Positions 53,392 to 63,184 of a DNA stretch of 64,000 nucleotides are shown one piece after another; the stretch's first letter is position 1; every line of letters begins with the position of its first letter. The DNA is from an uncultured Anaerolineaceae bacterium. GTDB taxonomy: Bacteria > Chloroflexota > Anaerolineae > Anaerolineales > E44-bin32. The notes beneath the pieces were generated by a model. That model was given only the letters and a program-made list of their open reading frames with translations. It did no database searches and was not told where the DNA came from. The translations under genes and the position numbers were made by a program. The stretch spans positions 66,951 through 130,950 of the forward strand of contig CAYMCO010000001.1 of assembly GCA_964388955.1 (NCBI GenBank), written 5' to 3'.

Positions 53392-54255
53392 ATGAGCATT
53401 CTGATTGATGAAAACACCCGTATCCTGGTTCAAGGGATCACTGGGCGGGAAGGCTTGTTCCATACTTCCCAGATGATGGAATACGGAACACGCATCGTAG
53501 CTGGAGTGACGCCGGGGAAGGGGGGCGAGTGGGTGCTGGATGGTAAGGTGCCCGTGTTCGACACCGTCAATCGCGCGGTGCGCACAACCGGCGCAACAGC
53601 CAGCGTGATCTTCGTTCCCGCACGTTTCGCGACAGATGCTCTCCTCGAGGCCGCGGACGCAGGCCTGTCACTCGTGGTCTGCATTACAGAGGGGATTCCG
53701 ATACAAAGTATGATGCAGGTGCGCAGCTATATGCTTCAGAAGGGAACGCGACTGGTGGGCCCCAACTGCCCGGGGATTCTGATGCCGGGCGCGGCGAAGG
53801 CCGGGATCATCCCTGGCCATATCTCTCGGCGTGGGAACATTGGCGTGGTCTCAAGATCCGGCACTCTCACCTACGAGGTGCTCTACGCCCTGATGCAGAA
53901 TGGGATGGGTGCCTCGACCTGTGTGGGGATCGGAGGGGACCCAATCAATGGGACTTCTTTTGTGGATGTGCTCGACATGTTCGAAAGCGACCCGCAAACA
54001 GAGAAAGCCATTCTGATCGGTGAGATCGGCGGCAGCGACGAGGAGCGGGCGGCGGAGTTCATCAGCGACCATATGACAAAACCCGTCGTAGCCTTCGTGG
54101 CCGGAAAGACAGCGCCAGCGGGCAAGAGAATGGGGCACGCCGGCGCCATCGTCGAAGGTGGCACCGGCGGCGCGGCGGACAAGATCGCCGCCCTTGAAGC
54201 TGCGGGGGTGCGGGTTGCGGACACTCCGGGGCGGATCCCGGGGTTGATCGGCTAG
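53392..54255 (+). CDS. sucD: Succinyl-CoA synthetase alpha subunit
   Basis: [19 protein letters not shown], phospho-His loop RMGHAGAIV. Confidence 0.96.
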   Translation: MSILIDENTRILVQGITGREGLFHTSQMMEYGTRIVAGVTPGKGGEWVLDGKVPVFDTVNRAVRTTGATASVIFVPARFATDALLEAADAGLSLVVCITEGIPIQSMMQVRSYMLQKGTRLVGPNCPGILMPGAAKAGIIPGHISRRGNIGVVSRSGTLTYEVLYALMQNGMGASTCVGIGGDPINGTSFVDVLDMFESDPQTEKAILIGEIGGSDEERAAEFISDHMTKPVVAFVAGKTAPAGKRMGHAGAIVEGGTGGAADKIAALEAAGVRVADTPGRIPGLIG

Positions 54256-54287
54256 GCGCAGGAGGAGGGAGCCAGTGGGAGGCATGC

Positions 54288-55277
54288 ATGGCGGAGATTA
54301 GCAAGCGCGAGCGACTGCAGGCTGTGATTGCCGGCGAGATCGCCGACCGCGCGCCGATCGCAATGTGGCGTCACTTCCCGGTGGATGATCAAGACCCCCT
54401 CAGGCTCGCCGGGGCGACGGGCGACTTCCAAGATCGATATGATTTTGACTTCATCAAAGTCACACCGAGTTCTTCCTTCTGCCTGCGGGACTGGGGCGCT
54501 CAGGATGTATGGGAGGGGAGCACGGAGGGGACACGCACGTATACCCACCGGGTGATCCAAGAGAGTGCGGACTGGAGATCGTTGGAGCCGCTGCAGCCGA
54601 CGGCCCCATTCCTCAAGGCGCAATTGGTCTGTCTGCGGGCGCTGAAGGATCGCTACCATGATGAACGCCTGCCGATCATCCAGACGATCTTCAATCCACT
54701 CTCGCAAGCGAAGAACCTGGCTGGGCCAGAGCGTCTGGTCGAGCACCTCCACCGGGATCCGGAATCCGTCGAGGTTGGCCTGGAGACCATCACACGAACA
54801 ACCCTGGAGTTCATCCAGGCCGCCAAGGCGACGGGCATCGCTGGCGTGTTTTATGCGGTACAGCATGCCAGCTTTAAACACTTTGACCTGGCGGGATACA
54901 GGCGGTTCGGGCTGAAGTATGATCGGCGGCTGATGGAAGCGGCCGAGGATCTCTGGCTGAATGTGCTCCATCTACATGGCGACTCGCTGATTTTCGATGT
55001 CGCCAGCCAGCTCCCGGCCGAGATCGTCAACTGGCATGACCGGGGGTCCGGACCCAGCTTGAGCGAAGGAAAGGCGCACATCCGGGGCGCGGTTTGCGGT
55101 GGGATCCAGCAGTGGAAGGCCATGGTTGTAGGCACGCCGGAGACGGTAGCCGCCCAAGCTTCCGATGCCCTTGATGCCATGAATCACTGCATGGTTCTCG
55201 GGACGGGATGCGTTCTCCCGATCGTAGCGCCTCATGGCAACATATCCGCCGCCCGGGCTGCGGTAGAGCGGGGCTGA
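54288..55277 (+). CDS. Uroporphyrinogen-decarboxylase (URO-D) family protein, function uncertain
   Basis: 329 aa. N-terminus RERLQAVIAGEIADRAPIAMW and overall length and style match URO-D/MtaA-like proteins. No other heme genes nearby. Confidence 0.6.
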   Translation: MAEISKRERLQAVIAGEIADRAPIAMWRHFPVDDQDPLRLAGATGDFQDRYDFDFIKVTPSSSFCLRDWGAQDVWEGSTEGTRTYTHRVIQESADWRSLEPLQPTAPFLKAQLVCLRALKDRYHDERLPIIQTIFNPLSQAKNLAGPERLVEHLHRDPESVEVGLETITRTTLEFIQAAKATGIAGVFYAVQHASFKHFDLAGYRRFGLKYDRRLMEAAEDLWLNVLHLHGDSLIFDVASQLPAEIVNWHDRGSGPSLSEGKAHIRGAVCGGIQQWKAMVVGTPETVAAQASDALDAMNHCMVLGTGCVLPIVAPHGNISAARAAVERG

Positions 55278-55412
55278 AAGGCTCCGCCGTAGGTGTGCGA
55301 TGGGCCCTCCTATGGTCGATCACGGTTGGGGCTGGCAATCCCCCCCTCGCTCCGGGGAAGGGGGCGGAGGAGCCAGACTATGGCCGGGCCCTCCACGGCC
55401 GCGGAGGCATCG

Positions 55413-55973
55413 ATGTCCATCCGGGTGATCGCTGGGCAGGCGAAAGGGCATCGTTTGAAGCTGGTGCCGGGCGGCAGGGCGCGGCCCATCCCAGACAAAG
55501 TAAAAGAATCGCTCTTCAACATCATCGGCCCCGGGATCCTGGAAGGTCGCCTGCTGGATATGTTCGCGGGCACCGGAAGCGTTGGCATCGAGGCCTTGAG
55601 CCGTGGCGCGGCTGAGGTCGTCTTCTTGGACACCGACCCCAGGGCAATCCGGACGATCAAGGAGAACCTGGAAATCACCGGATTCGAGGCGCTTGGCGAG
55701 GTGAGGCGCGTCGACGCATTCCATTATTTGGTTTCCTTCCCCCCGCAGGCTTTCGATTTCGTCTATGTTGCGCCACCCCAGTACAAGGGCTTATGGCAGC
55801 GAAGCTTGCGGTCCCTCGAACGGCGCCCGGAGTGGCTCAACCCTGATGCATGGGTGATCGCGCAGATTGACCCTGTCGAGTACGAAAGTCTTCCGTCGGC
55901 ATGTCTGGTCGAGTTTGACCAGCGCAAATACGGCTCAACGCTCTTGGTCTTCTACGAACTGCCCGGCGAGTAG
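55413..55973 (+). CDS. rsmD: 16S rRNA (guanine966-N2)-methyltransferase RsmD
   Basis: MSIRVIAGQAKGHRLK, RPIPDKVKESLFNII, DMFAGTGSVGIEALSRGA, VYVAPPQY. Start at ATG 55413. Confidence 0.85.
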   Translation: MSIRVIAGQAKGHRLKLVPGGRARPIPDKVKESLFNIIGPGILEGRLLDMFAGTGSVGIEALSRGAAEVVFLDTDPRAIRTIKENLEITGFEALGEVRRVDAFHYLVSFPPQAFDFVYVAPPQYKGLWQRSLRSLERRPEWLNPDAWVIAQIDPVEYESLPSACLVEFDQRKYGSTLLVFYELPGE

Positions 55974-56133
55974 AGGGCAATGCGCTGTGCGGTATGCGCA
56001 TTGCGGCAGGGAGGTGCGCTGCCGGTATGGCCTCTTTCGGGAGGCCTAGGGGCGCCCCTTGTGGGCGCCCGCCGTGCCGGGGTGCGTGAAGGGTTATTCC
56101 TCGCGGCGGCTGATGGGTGGTGCCGGCAACGCG

Positions 56134-56640
56134 CTAGCCCGCTGACAGCTCGATCTGCAGGTTCCCCGTTTCGTCATACGTGTACAGGCCGCAGAATGGG
56201 CGGCCCGAACGGTAGCCCTCCAAGGCGGCCGGGAGCAGCGCGGGGAGATCGCTGACCAGATCCGAAGGGTCCAACCCCTCGAAATCCACCCACTCTGGCC
56301 GGCCCTCTGGCCCGCCTGTGGGCTCGTTTGCCCCGCCCGAACCCACGAAGACGTATAGCCCGATCCCGGGAATGTCCCCCGTGTCGATCAGGATGGCACC
56401 GACCAGTTGGAGAGCCTCCGGGGTTAGCCCCGTCTCCTCTTGGATTTCGCGCACTGCGCTGCTGAGAGGATCCTCCCCCTGTTCGATATGCCCCCCGATG
56501 CCATTGTACTTTCCCGCCCATGCTCCCCGATCGGAGGCGAGGCGCATCAACAGAACTCGGTCGCCCTGGATGAGAAACGAGATCGTCCTGGGGATGAGTG
56601 TGTAGCGCTCCGGCTGCACTCGCTGGCCGGCGAGAGACAT
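56134..56640 (-). CDS. NUDIX hydrolase
   Basis: Nudix box GIGGHIEQGEDPLSSAVREIQEETGL. Confidence 0.88.
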   Translation of the reverse strand: MSLAGQRVQPERYTLIPRTISFLIQGDRVLLMRLASDRGAWAGKYNGIGGHIEQGEDPLSSAVREIQEETGLTPEALQLVGAILIDTGDIPGIGLYVFVGSGGANEPTGGPEGRPEWVDFEGLDPSDLVSDLPALLPAALEGYRSGRPFCGLYTYDETGNLQIELSAG

Positions 56641-56649
56641 CAGCGCCCC

Positions 56650-58074
56650 CTAGTCCGCCAGATCGGCCGCGCTGCGCATCTCCGTATCTTCGCCCAGATA
56701 GGCGGCGAGAGGGGCGTGGACTTCGACTGGATGCACATGGCCCTCGACCTCCTCGTGGGTGCCGCCCACGTTGAGTCGGTCGAATAGCAGGCCAAACTGT
56801 GTCTCCCAGGCGCTCTCAATTTCGTCGCGGACGCCCTTCGGAAGATCCCAGATTCGCCGCTTGAAAGGCCCCAAAGCGCGCTTGCGCGTCTTGTAATAGA
56901 ACTGCTCGTCCGTCTGGTCCGTCTTGCGCTCATCCGCATGATGCTCATCGAGATAGGCGTAGATCTCCCCCTTGAAGTCCTCCGGCAAGTGGTCGTAAAG
57001 GATATTCTGAAACTGGGTGGCCAAATGCACTTCGCACGCCTCGGCCTCGGCGAAGTGCGAGAAGGCATTCTCGGGCAGCGTCGAGGCTCCATGTTGGACA
57101 GCGCCAGCCAGTCCGTAGATGTCCCGGGCCACTTGGGATAGGTGCTTCAATGTCTGGAAGTCGACCTTCACCTGTGCCACCGACCCATCGGGTAGGACGA
57201 CGCCGCCGTGGCTGGTGCCGGTCTGGATGCTGATCTTGGAGAGCCCGGCGTATTCGGGGTCAATCTCCGAGAGGCGTTCGTTGAACCCGTCCATATATGC
57301 CCGCAGCTCCGGCTCCGTGCTGTTCCGCCCGCCGACTTCCCCGATCTCCCCGCCGATGGACACGGTGACACCCGCCGGCTCCAGGCTCCGCGCAAAGGCG
57401 GCGAGCTCCGCGGATCGCTCGAAGTTCAACTGCTGCTGTTGGCGGGTACCGTCCTTTGAAAGGTCCACGAGCGTGGAGGTGTCGATGTCGATGTTGAAGA
57501 ACCCCGCGGCCAGCGCCTCTCGGACCAGCTCGCGCACCGCAGACATCTCCCCGTGTGGATCCGCTCGATACCGCTTTTCGCTCACCTGGAAATGATCCCC
57601 TTGGATAAACACGGGCCCGCGGTGCCCTTCCGCAAGCGCAGCCCCCAGGACGCAGGCGGCGTAGGCGGCCGGGCGTTGATCCGTATATCCAATTTCGGAG
57701 CGTGCGATCTCGAAGATGATGGCCCCTGCGCGACGCGATTGGGCTGCCCGGAACACGGCGCGCGCCATCTGGTAGGTGAGAGAACGCAGGTTCATCGCGG
57801 GTACGGCGAAATCGGTGCGCGTGTCTCCCCGGCCGCGAGCCATGTAGAGCGTGTGGATGGAGGCGGGAACAATCCCCACGTCCAGGGCGCATTCCCGCAA
57901 GAGCCATTGGGCTGCTCCCCGGGATCGCCCCTGGCCGAAAACGGCGGAACGCACCAGGGGCTCGACCCGCTTGCCCAACTCCACGGCATCTTCGACATGC
58001 ACTGCGACGCCATCCAGTTGCACCGCGGAACCAAGCGGACCGGCGATTCCTGTCAACAACTCTGCGTCGGGCAT
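56650..58074 (-). CDS. Class II ketose-bisphosphate aldolase family protein (long form)
   Basis: FAVPAMNLRS, IIFEIARSE, VFIQGDHF, TGTSHGG blocks. Start at ATG 58074 (MPDAEL) after AGAGGAAG. Confidence 0.75.
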   Translation of the reverse strand: MPDAELLTGIAGPLGSAVQLDGVAVHVEDAVELGKRVEPLVRSAVFGQGRSRGAAQWLLRECALDVGIVPASIHTLYMARGRGDTRTDFAVPAMNLRSLTYQMARAVFRAAQSRRAGAIIFEIARSEIGYTDQRPAAYAACVLGAALAEGHRGPVFIQGDHFQVSEKRYRADPHGEMSAVRELVREALAAGFFNIDIDTSTLVDLSKDGTRQQQQLNFERSAELAAFARSLEPAGVTVSIGGEIGEVGGRNSTEPELRAYMDGFNERLSEIDPEYAGLSKISIQTGTSHGGVVLPDGSVAQVKVDFQTLKHLSQVARDIYGLAGAVQHGASTLPENAFSHFAEAEACEVHLATQFQNILYDHLPEDFKGEIYAYLDEHHADERKTDQTDEQFYYKTRKRALGPFKRRIWDLPKGVRDEIESAWETQFGLLFDRLNVGGTHEEVEGHVHPVEVHAPLAAYLGEDTEMRSAADLAD

Positions 58075-58279
58075 CTTGTCTTCCTCTTTCTGCGCCGGAT
58101 CGGCCGGACAATCCGGCCAGCCCAATTATAACTCGAGGATCGGATGGCCCGCCGCTCCGACAATCAATGGCGGCTTGGGCGGAGCCAAACGGCGGGCATG
58201 TAGATCGTCCGGAGCGATTGCCTCCTGGAAATCCTCGACTATAATGGGCGCAGATGAATGATACGGGGAGGCATGCCAG

Positions 58280-58807
58280 ATGAGCGATCTTCCGGATCCG
58301 CTGAAGAAAGTCACGGAAACCAGCGACCTGTTGGGAAAGCTGAGGAGCTTCGTCTCCAAGTTCACCGGCTATGTCGAGCGCGACCAGCGGCGAGAAGCGG
58401 ACCGGATGATGCGCACCGCAATCGCCCAAAGGTACGATGAGCAGTGGTCGCGTGTTTCACGCCTCCAACAAGAACTGATCGACAAAGGCAAGCTCGAATA
58501 TGTGGATGATTTGGAGCGCGCCGCGATCAAACTGCGGACTTTCGCCGATCGGGTGAAGGGCGCCTCCTATGGCTACGCTGGTCTGTTCGATCATGCCCGC
58601 ATCGGCGAGAAGGAGTTGGCCAATCTGTATGCCTTTGATCTTGCCTTGCTCGAGAATGTTGAGAACATCGCCCATTCGGTGGACAACGTGGAGACGTCCA
58701 TCGGCGATGAAGGGCTGCCAGCGGCGATACGCCATCTAGAAACCCTGGCCAGGGAAGCGATCGACACTTATAACCGGCGCGAGGAAGTCATTTTGGAAGT
58801 TGAGTAG
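58280..58807 (+). CDS. Hypothetical coiled-coil protein
   Basis: 175-aa ORF, helical and charged, ending 25 nt upstream of the SPFH gene. No family recognised. Confidence 0.55.
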   Translation: MSDLPDPLKKVTETSDLLGKLRSFVSKFTGYVERDQRREADRMMRTAIAQRYDEQWSRVSRLQQELIDKGKLEYVDDLERAAIKLRTFADRVKGASYGYAGLFDHARIGEKELANLYAFDLALLENVENIAHSVDNVETSIGDEGLPAAIRHLETLAREAIDTYNRREEVILEVE

Positions 58808-58832
58808 GACTAGCCCAGCAGGAGTGTGAGCG

Positions 58833-59876
58833 ATGGCAAGGATATTCGATGTTGTTGAGTACCCGAACGAAATGCGGGACCACCTCGTGTACCGGATCCC
58901 CGAGGCCGGCGCAGGCGATTTTCGCATCGGTTCCCAAGTGATCGTGCGCGAAGCGCAAGCGGCAGTATTCTTCCGCGACGGGAAGGCGCTGGATACGTTC
59001 GCCCCTGGTCGACACACGATCACCACCGCCAATATACCGCTGCTGGTCGACTGGATTGGCAAGGCCTTCAATGAGCGCAGCCCATTCACGGCCGAGGTGT
59101 TCTTTGTCTCAATGAGAGAATTCGCCAATGAGAAGTGGGGAACTCCTCAGCCGATCATCGTTCGCAACCCGGGCATGGGACTCGGGGTGGCATTGCTGCA
59201 GGGATATGGCACTTACAGCTTTCAGGTTTCCGATCCCCAGCAATTCGTCACCCAGATTGTCGGGGCCATGGGGAGCTACCGAACCCGGGATATCGAGGAC
59301 CGGCTGCGATCCATGCTTCTCTCCAAGCTGCAAGACCTGTTGGGGGAGACCACCAGCGCCACCAGCGTACCCGAGTTGATCGGGCTGGTGGAGGAGATCG
59401 GCGCTGGGGTGCGGGCGAAGGCCCAGGACGACTTCAAAGCCCTGGGAATGACGCTGAAGTCCTTCTATATCGGGAGCCTCAAGCCCTCCGATAAATCGGC
59501 GGAAGAGCTGCGGGCAATGGGCATGCTGGATATGGCCACCTATACGCAGCTCCAGGCGGCCGACGCGATGCGCGATGCGGCCCAGAATCCCTCCGGTGGA
59601 GCCGGTCTGACGGCGGGGATTGGCACGGGGTTGGGCATCGGCGGCGTGATCTCTGACACGCTGCGGCAGAGCCAGGCGGGAATGTCCGCCGGAGACGCAT
59701 CCGCCCCCGCCGCCGGTGTCCCGGATGTGATGACTCCCTCTGAAGCCGCGACCTACTTGCGGGTCTCAGAGGAGGATGTCATCGCGGCGATCGAAGCAGG
59801 CGACCTGAAAGCCAAGAAGATCGGCAAAGCCTACCGCATCAGCAAGGGTTCGCTGGACGAATTCTTGAAGACCTAG
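58833..59876 (+). CDS. SPFH/Band-7 (YdjI-type, 'virion core protein-like') domain protein with a C-terminal excisionase-type HTH
   Basis: N-terminal ~250 aa (FDVVEYPNEMRDHLVYRIPEAG...GSQVIVREAQAAVFFRDGK...FFVSMREF...YGTYSFQVSDPQQF) fit the Band_7_1 style. A Gly/Ala-rich linker follows. The last ~50 aa, MTPSEAATYLRVSEEDVIAAIEAGDLKAKKIGKAYRISKGSLDEFL, fit HTH_17. Confidence 0.7.
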   Translation: MARIFDVVEYPNEMRDHLVYRIPEAGAGDFRIGSQVIVREAQAAVFFRDGKALDTFAPGRHTITTANIPLLVDWIGKAFNERSPFTAEVFFVSMREFANEKWGTPQPIIVRNPGMGLGVALLQGYGTYSFQVSDPQQFVTQIVGAMGSYRTRDIEDRLRSMLLSKLQDLLGETTSATSVPELIGLVEEIGAGVRAKAQDDFKALGMTLKSFYIGSLKPSDKSAEELRAMGMLDMATYTQLQAADAMRDAAQNPSGGAGLTAGIGTGLGIGGVISDTLRQSQAGMSAGDASAPAAGVPDVMTPSEAATYLRVSEEDVIAAIEAGDLKAKKIGKAYRISKGSLDEFLKT

Positions 59877-59985
59877 AATCCGTTCAGATCGGTCAAACAA
59901 GGCAAGCGGCCAAACGCCGGTGTCAGGGGATTCGGCGTCCCTTCGCTGCGCGCTTCTTGGGCAGGTGACAACGCTGCAGGGCGCG

Positions 59986-60678
59986 TCAGACTGAGAATCT
60001 CGCCTCGCGCGCCAGTTCCTCCACCTGCGCCTCGCTCAGGGAATTGCCTTTGGGCAGCCTGCGAATCCAAGCTTTGGCTTTCTTGTGATAGACGCATGGC
60101 ACAGGAGAGTCATCGGCGTGCACCTCAGCATTGGGATGGACGAACAACATCACGGCGTCAAAGTCGATGGTCTCCCCGTCTGAAACCCCCTTGGGCAGGC
60201 GTCCTTTCAGTCTTTCCAGCCCGTTGTCCGCCTCTCGCTTCAGGTCGCCAATGGAGCGAAGGCCGCCGCGTCGAAGCAGGCCGCGCTTTGGGGCCTGATG
60301 CCACCATTCGCCATCGCTGTAGGTGATCTCCCCCTCTTCGGGGTGTGGCAGGAGCAAGTGCACGCCAGCGGGGCCGGTCAGGAAATGATCCACGCCGTAG
60401 CAGTAGTGGAACATGGCGTAGCGATCGTCCAGCCCTTTGAATGCGCCCTCCACAGTCTCATCCATGCGCGGGCTTTGACCCCAACGTGCATGCATTTGAT
60501 TCCCGATCTGGGATAGCAGCAGCCCGATCACCGCGGACGCCAAGACCGGAGCAAGCCATTCGGGGCGCAAGAATGAGATCGCCAGGCCGATCACGAAAGC
60601 CGCCAGGCCGGCCCCCACCAGAATGCGCGCCAACCTGGACCGACGCTGGATCTTGGCCGAATCGACGAAGTTGCGCAT
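59986..60678 (-). CDS. Membrane-anchored NERD-like domain protein
   Basis: Two N-terminal TM segments, then LDDRYAMFHYCYGVDHFLTGPAGVHLLLP..., a NERD-like core. The ATG shares one nucleotide with the fabF stop codon (TGATG). Confidence 0.55.
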   Translation of the reverse strand: MRNFVDSAKIQRRSRLARILVGAGLAAFVIGLAISFLRPEWLAPVLASAVIGLLLSQIGNQMHARWGQSPRMDETVEGAFKGLDDRYAMFHYCYGVDHFLTGPAGVHLLLPHPEEGEITYSDGEWWHQAPKRGLLRRGGLRSIGDLKREADNGLERLKGRLPKGVSDGETIDFDAVMLFVHPNAEVHADDSPVPCVYHKKAKAWIRRLPKGNSLSEAQVEELAREARFSV

Positions 60679-61940
60679 CAGGATTCAGGCTCTTGCAGCA
60701 CCAAGCAGGCGTTCTGCGCGCCAAGCCCGAAGGAATTTGAGAGGGCGGCGTGGACGGGCGCCTGTCGGAATCGATTGGGCACATAGTCCAGATCGCATTC
60801 AGGATCCGGCGTCTCGTAGTTGATGGTGGGGTGGACCAGATTGTGTTCTATCGTCAGTGCGCAGACGATGGCCTCGATGGCCCCTGAGGCGCCCATGGCG
60901 TGGCCGATCATGGACTTGGTTGAGGAAACCGGGATCTGATACGCCCGTTCTCCGAATAACCGCTTGATCGCGGAGGTCTCCACCGCATCATTCAGCGGTG
61001 TGGAGGTGCCATGCGCGTTGATGTAGTCAATCTTCTCGGGCGGGATTCCGGCGTCTTGCAGCGCCCAACGCATGGTGCGGGCGGCGCCATCGCCCGAGGG
61101 ATCCAGCGCCGCAATGTGGTACCCGTCGCAGGAGGAGGCGAAGCCCGATACTTGCGCATAGACATGGGCTCCGCGCCCCGCGGCGTGCTCCGCGCTCTCG
61201 AGGATGAGGCAGGCGGCGCCCTCAGAGAAGACAAACCCCTCACGCTTGGAGTCGAAGGGACGGGAGGCCTTCTCGGGTTGGTCATTGTAGTTGATCGGTA
61301 GGGCGCGCATGGCCGCAAAGCCGGCCATGGTGTATTCCCGGAGCATGGCTTCCGCGCCGCCGCACATCACGACTTCGGCGCGCCCCATGCGGATCATATC
61401 GGCCCCGATTCCCACCGCTTGGGTTCCGGTGGCGCACGCTGTGGTCACCGTGCAGCTGGGTCCCATCGCGCCGGAGAATTCGCTGATGTGGAAGGCGATC
61501 ATGTTGGGGAGAATGGCCGGCAGGGTAAAGGGATTGATGCGCGCCGCCCCTTGTTCCCAGTAGTTGAACAAACCGTCCTCCGCCTTCTCGAATCCGCCGA
61601 TGGCGGTGCCAAAGGAGACGCCGACCTGCTCCCCGCCCGTAAGGGGGATCTCCAGACCGGCGTCCTCCAGGGCGCGTGCTGCGGTCACGACGGCCATTTG
61701 GGACACACGCGACATGCGTCTCCGGTTCTTGGCGTCGATACCGTCAGAGGGGTCGAAGTCAATCACTTCCCCGGCGATCTTGCACGGAACGTTCGACGCA
61801 TCGAAGAGCGTAACAGGTCGAATCCCGGAACGTCCTGCGAGAAGCGCTTCCCAGAAGCCCCCCAGGTCGGATCCCAGGCAGGTGGATACCCCCATTCCGG
61901 TGATCATCACCTTCCTTGAGGGGGAATGGCGTTCCTTCAC
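60678..61940 (-). CDS. fabF: Beta-ketoacyl-ACP synthase II
   Basis: Active-site context TTACATGTQAVG, INAHGTSTPLND and SMIGHAMGASG (Cys-His-His triad). Confidence 0.95.
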   Translation of the reverse strand: MKERHSPSRKVMITGMGVSTCLGSDLGGFWEALLAGRSGIRPVTLFDASNVPCKIAGEVIDFDPSDGIDAKNRRRMSRVSQMAVVTAARALEDAGLEIPLTGGEQVGVSFGTAIGGFEKAEDGLFNYWEQGAARINPFTLPAILPNMIAFHISEFSGAMGPSCTVTTACATGTQAVGIGADMIRMGRAEVVMCGGAEAMLREYTMAGFAAMRALPINYNDQPEKASRPFDSKREGFVFSEGAACLILESAEHAAGRGAHVYAQVSGFASSCDGYHIAALDPSGDGAARTMRWALQDAGIPPEKIDYINAHGTSTPLNDAVETSAIKRLFGERAYQIPVSSTKSMIGHAMGASGAIEAIVCALTIEHNLVHPTINYETPDPECDLDYVPNRFRQAPVHAALSNSFGLGAQNACLVLQEPES

Positions 61941-62956
61941 GCGATCTCCTCCATCGGTTGCTTGTCGAGAGAGGATTGTATCGCCCCCCGCATCGACTCC
62001 AGCAACCCCCCTTCCACGGCCTCGCGGGTCACGCGTATGGCATTCACCAGGGCCCTGGTATCGGATCGACCATGGCCCACGAAGACCAGGCCGTCTACTC
62101 CCAACAGCGGAGCGGCCCCATACTCGGCGGGATCCAGCACGCGCCGCACTCGCCTGAAAGCGGGACGAGCGAGCATCCCGCCGAGCGAAGTCATGATGCC
62201 CGCTTCGATTTCCCGGCGGATGATCTCCACCAAGAAGCCGGCCACGGCCTCGCTGGTCTTGATGAACACATTGCCGTTGAATCCGTCCATGACGACCACA
62301 TCCGCCTCGCCGCCGTACACCTCCTTGGGCTCCACATTTCCGATGAAGTTCATATCCGAGGCCTGCAGCAGCGGGTAGCTTTCCTTCACCAGCATATTCC
62401 CCTTGCCTGGTTCTTCCCCGTTGGAGAGCAGGCCCACGCGCGGCCGTTCGACCCCCAATTGAAATCCGGCGTAGACGGCGCCCAAGATGGCAAATTGGAG
62501 TATGTATTCGGGCCTGCAGTCCGCGTTCGCCCCGATATCCAGCGCCACGCAGAACCCGGCCATGACGGGGATATTCACCGCCAACACAGGGCGCTTGACG
62601 CCGCGGATCCTCCCCAAGGTGAAGAGGGCATTTGCCAGCGCTCCGCCCGTGTTCCCCGCGGTCACGAATGCATCCGCCTCACCGCGCTTCACCAGGTCCA
62701 TGCCCACAGCCATCGAATTGTCCGGCTTTGCGCGCGCCGCCTCCGCGGGCTTGTCGGTCATCTCAAGCACTTGCGGTGCATGAACCACCCTCACCAGATC
62801 GGTCGCGACCGCTTCATTCTTGAGTTGGCTGTGCAGCAGATCCTCCGGGCCCGTGAGGGTGACTGGATCTCCCCACCGCTCGGCAGCTGCCAGAGCCGCT
62901 TGAATCTCGATCACCGGATGGGCGTCGCTTCCCATCGCATCCAACGCTATACGCAT
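61937..62956 (-). CDS. plsX: Phosphate acyltransferase PlsX
   Basis: MRIALDAMGSD start, VTAGNTGGALA, NIGANADC, GVDGLVFVGHGRSD. Start at ATG 62956 after GGAGAGG. 4-nt overlap with fabF. Confidence 0.93.
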   Translation of the reverse strand: MRIALDAMGSDAHPVIEIQAALAAAERWGDPVTLTGPEDLLHSQLKNEAVATDLVRVVHAPQVLEMTDKPAEAARAKPDNSMAVGMDLVKRGEADAFVTAGNTGGALANALFTLGRIRGVKRPVLAVNIPVMAGFCVALDIGANADCRPEYILQFAILGAVYAGFQLGVERPRVGLLSNGEEPGKGNMLVKESYPLLQASDMNFIGNVEPKEVYGGEADVVVMDGFNGNVFIKTSEAVAGFLVEIIRREIEAGIMTSLGGMLARPAFRRVRRVLDPAEYGAAPLLGVDGLVFVGHGRSDTRALVNAIRVTREAVEGGLLESMRGAIQSSLDKQPMEEIA

Positions 62957-63062
62957 GTGTGCACCTCTCCGCCGGCGGCCCCTGAACACGCGCCCCTGAA
63001 CGCCCGCATTGACAAGAGACGACCAAGGGCTATACAATACCCCCGATTACAGGCTGGAACCT

Positions 63063-63145
63063 GCGCTGGTGCTGGAACTGGCAGACAGGCATGGTTGAGG
63101 GCCATGTGCCGAATAGGCGTGCGGGTTCAACTCCCGCCCAGCGCA
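63063..63145 (+). tRNA. tRNA-Leu (anticodon GAG)
   Basis: GCGCTGG...CCAGCGC acceptor stem, anticodon stem CATGG/CCATG with loop TTGAGGG, long variable arm TGCCGAATAGGCGT, T arm GCGGG-TTCAACT-CCCGC. CCA not encoded. 83 nt. Confidence 0.9.
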
Positions 63146-63184
63146 CAAGAGCGAGGGCCGGAAGCACCGGTTCTCGCTCGTTCG

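Noticed and set aside
57260-58429. 389-aa minus-strand ORF overlapping the aldolase gene in another frame
   Set aside because: Extreme Arg/Gly/Pro/Ala content, an off-frame artefact. The aldolase frame has family motifs and a proper RBS and ATG.
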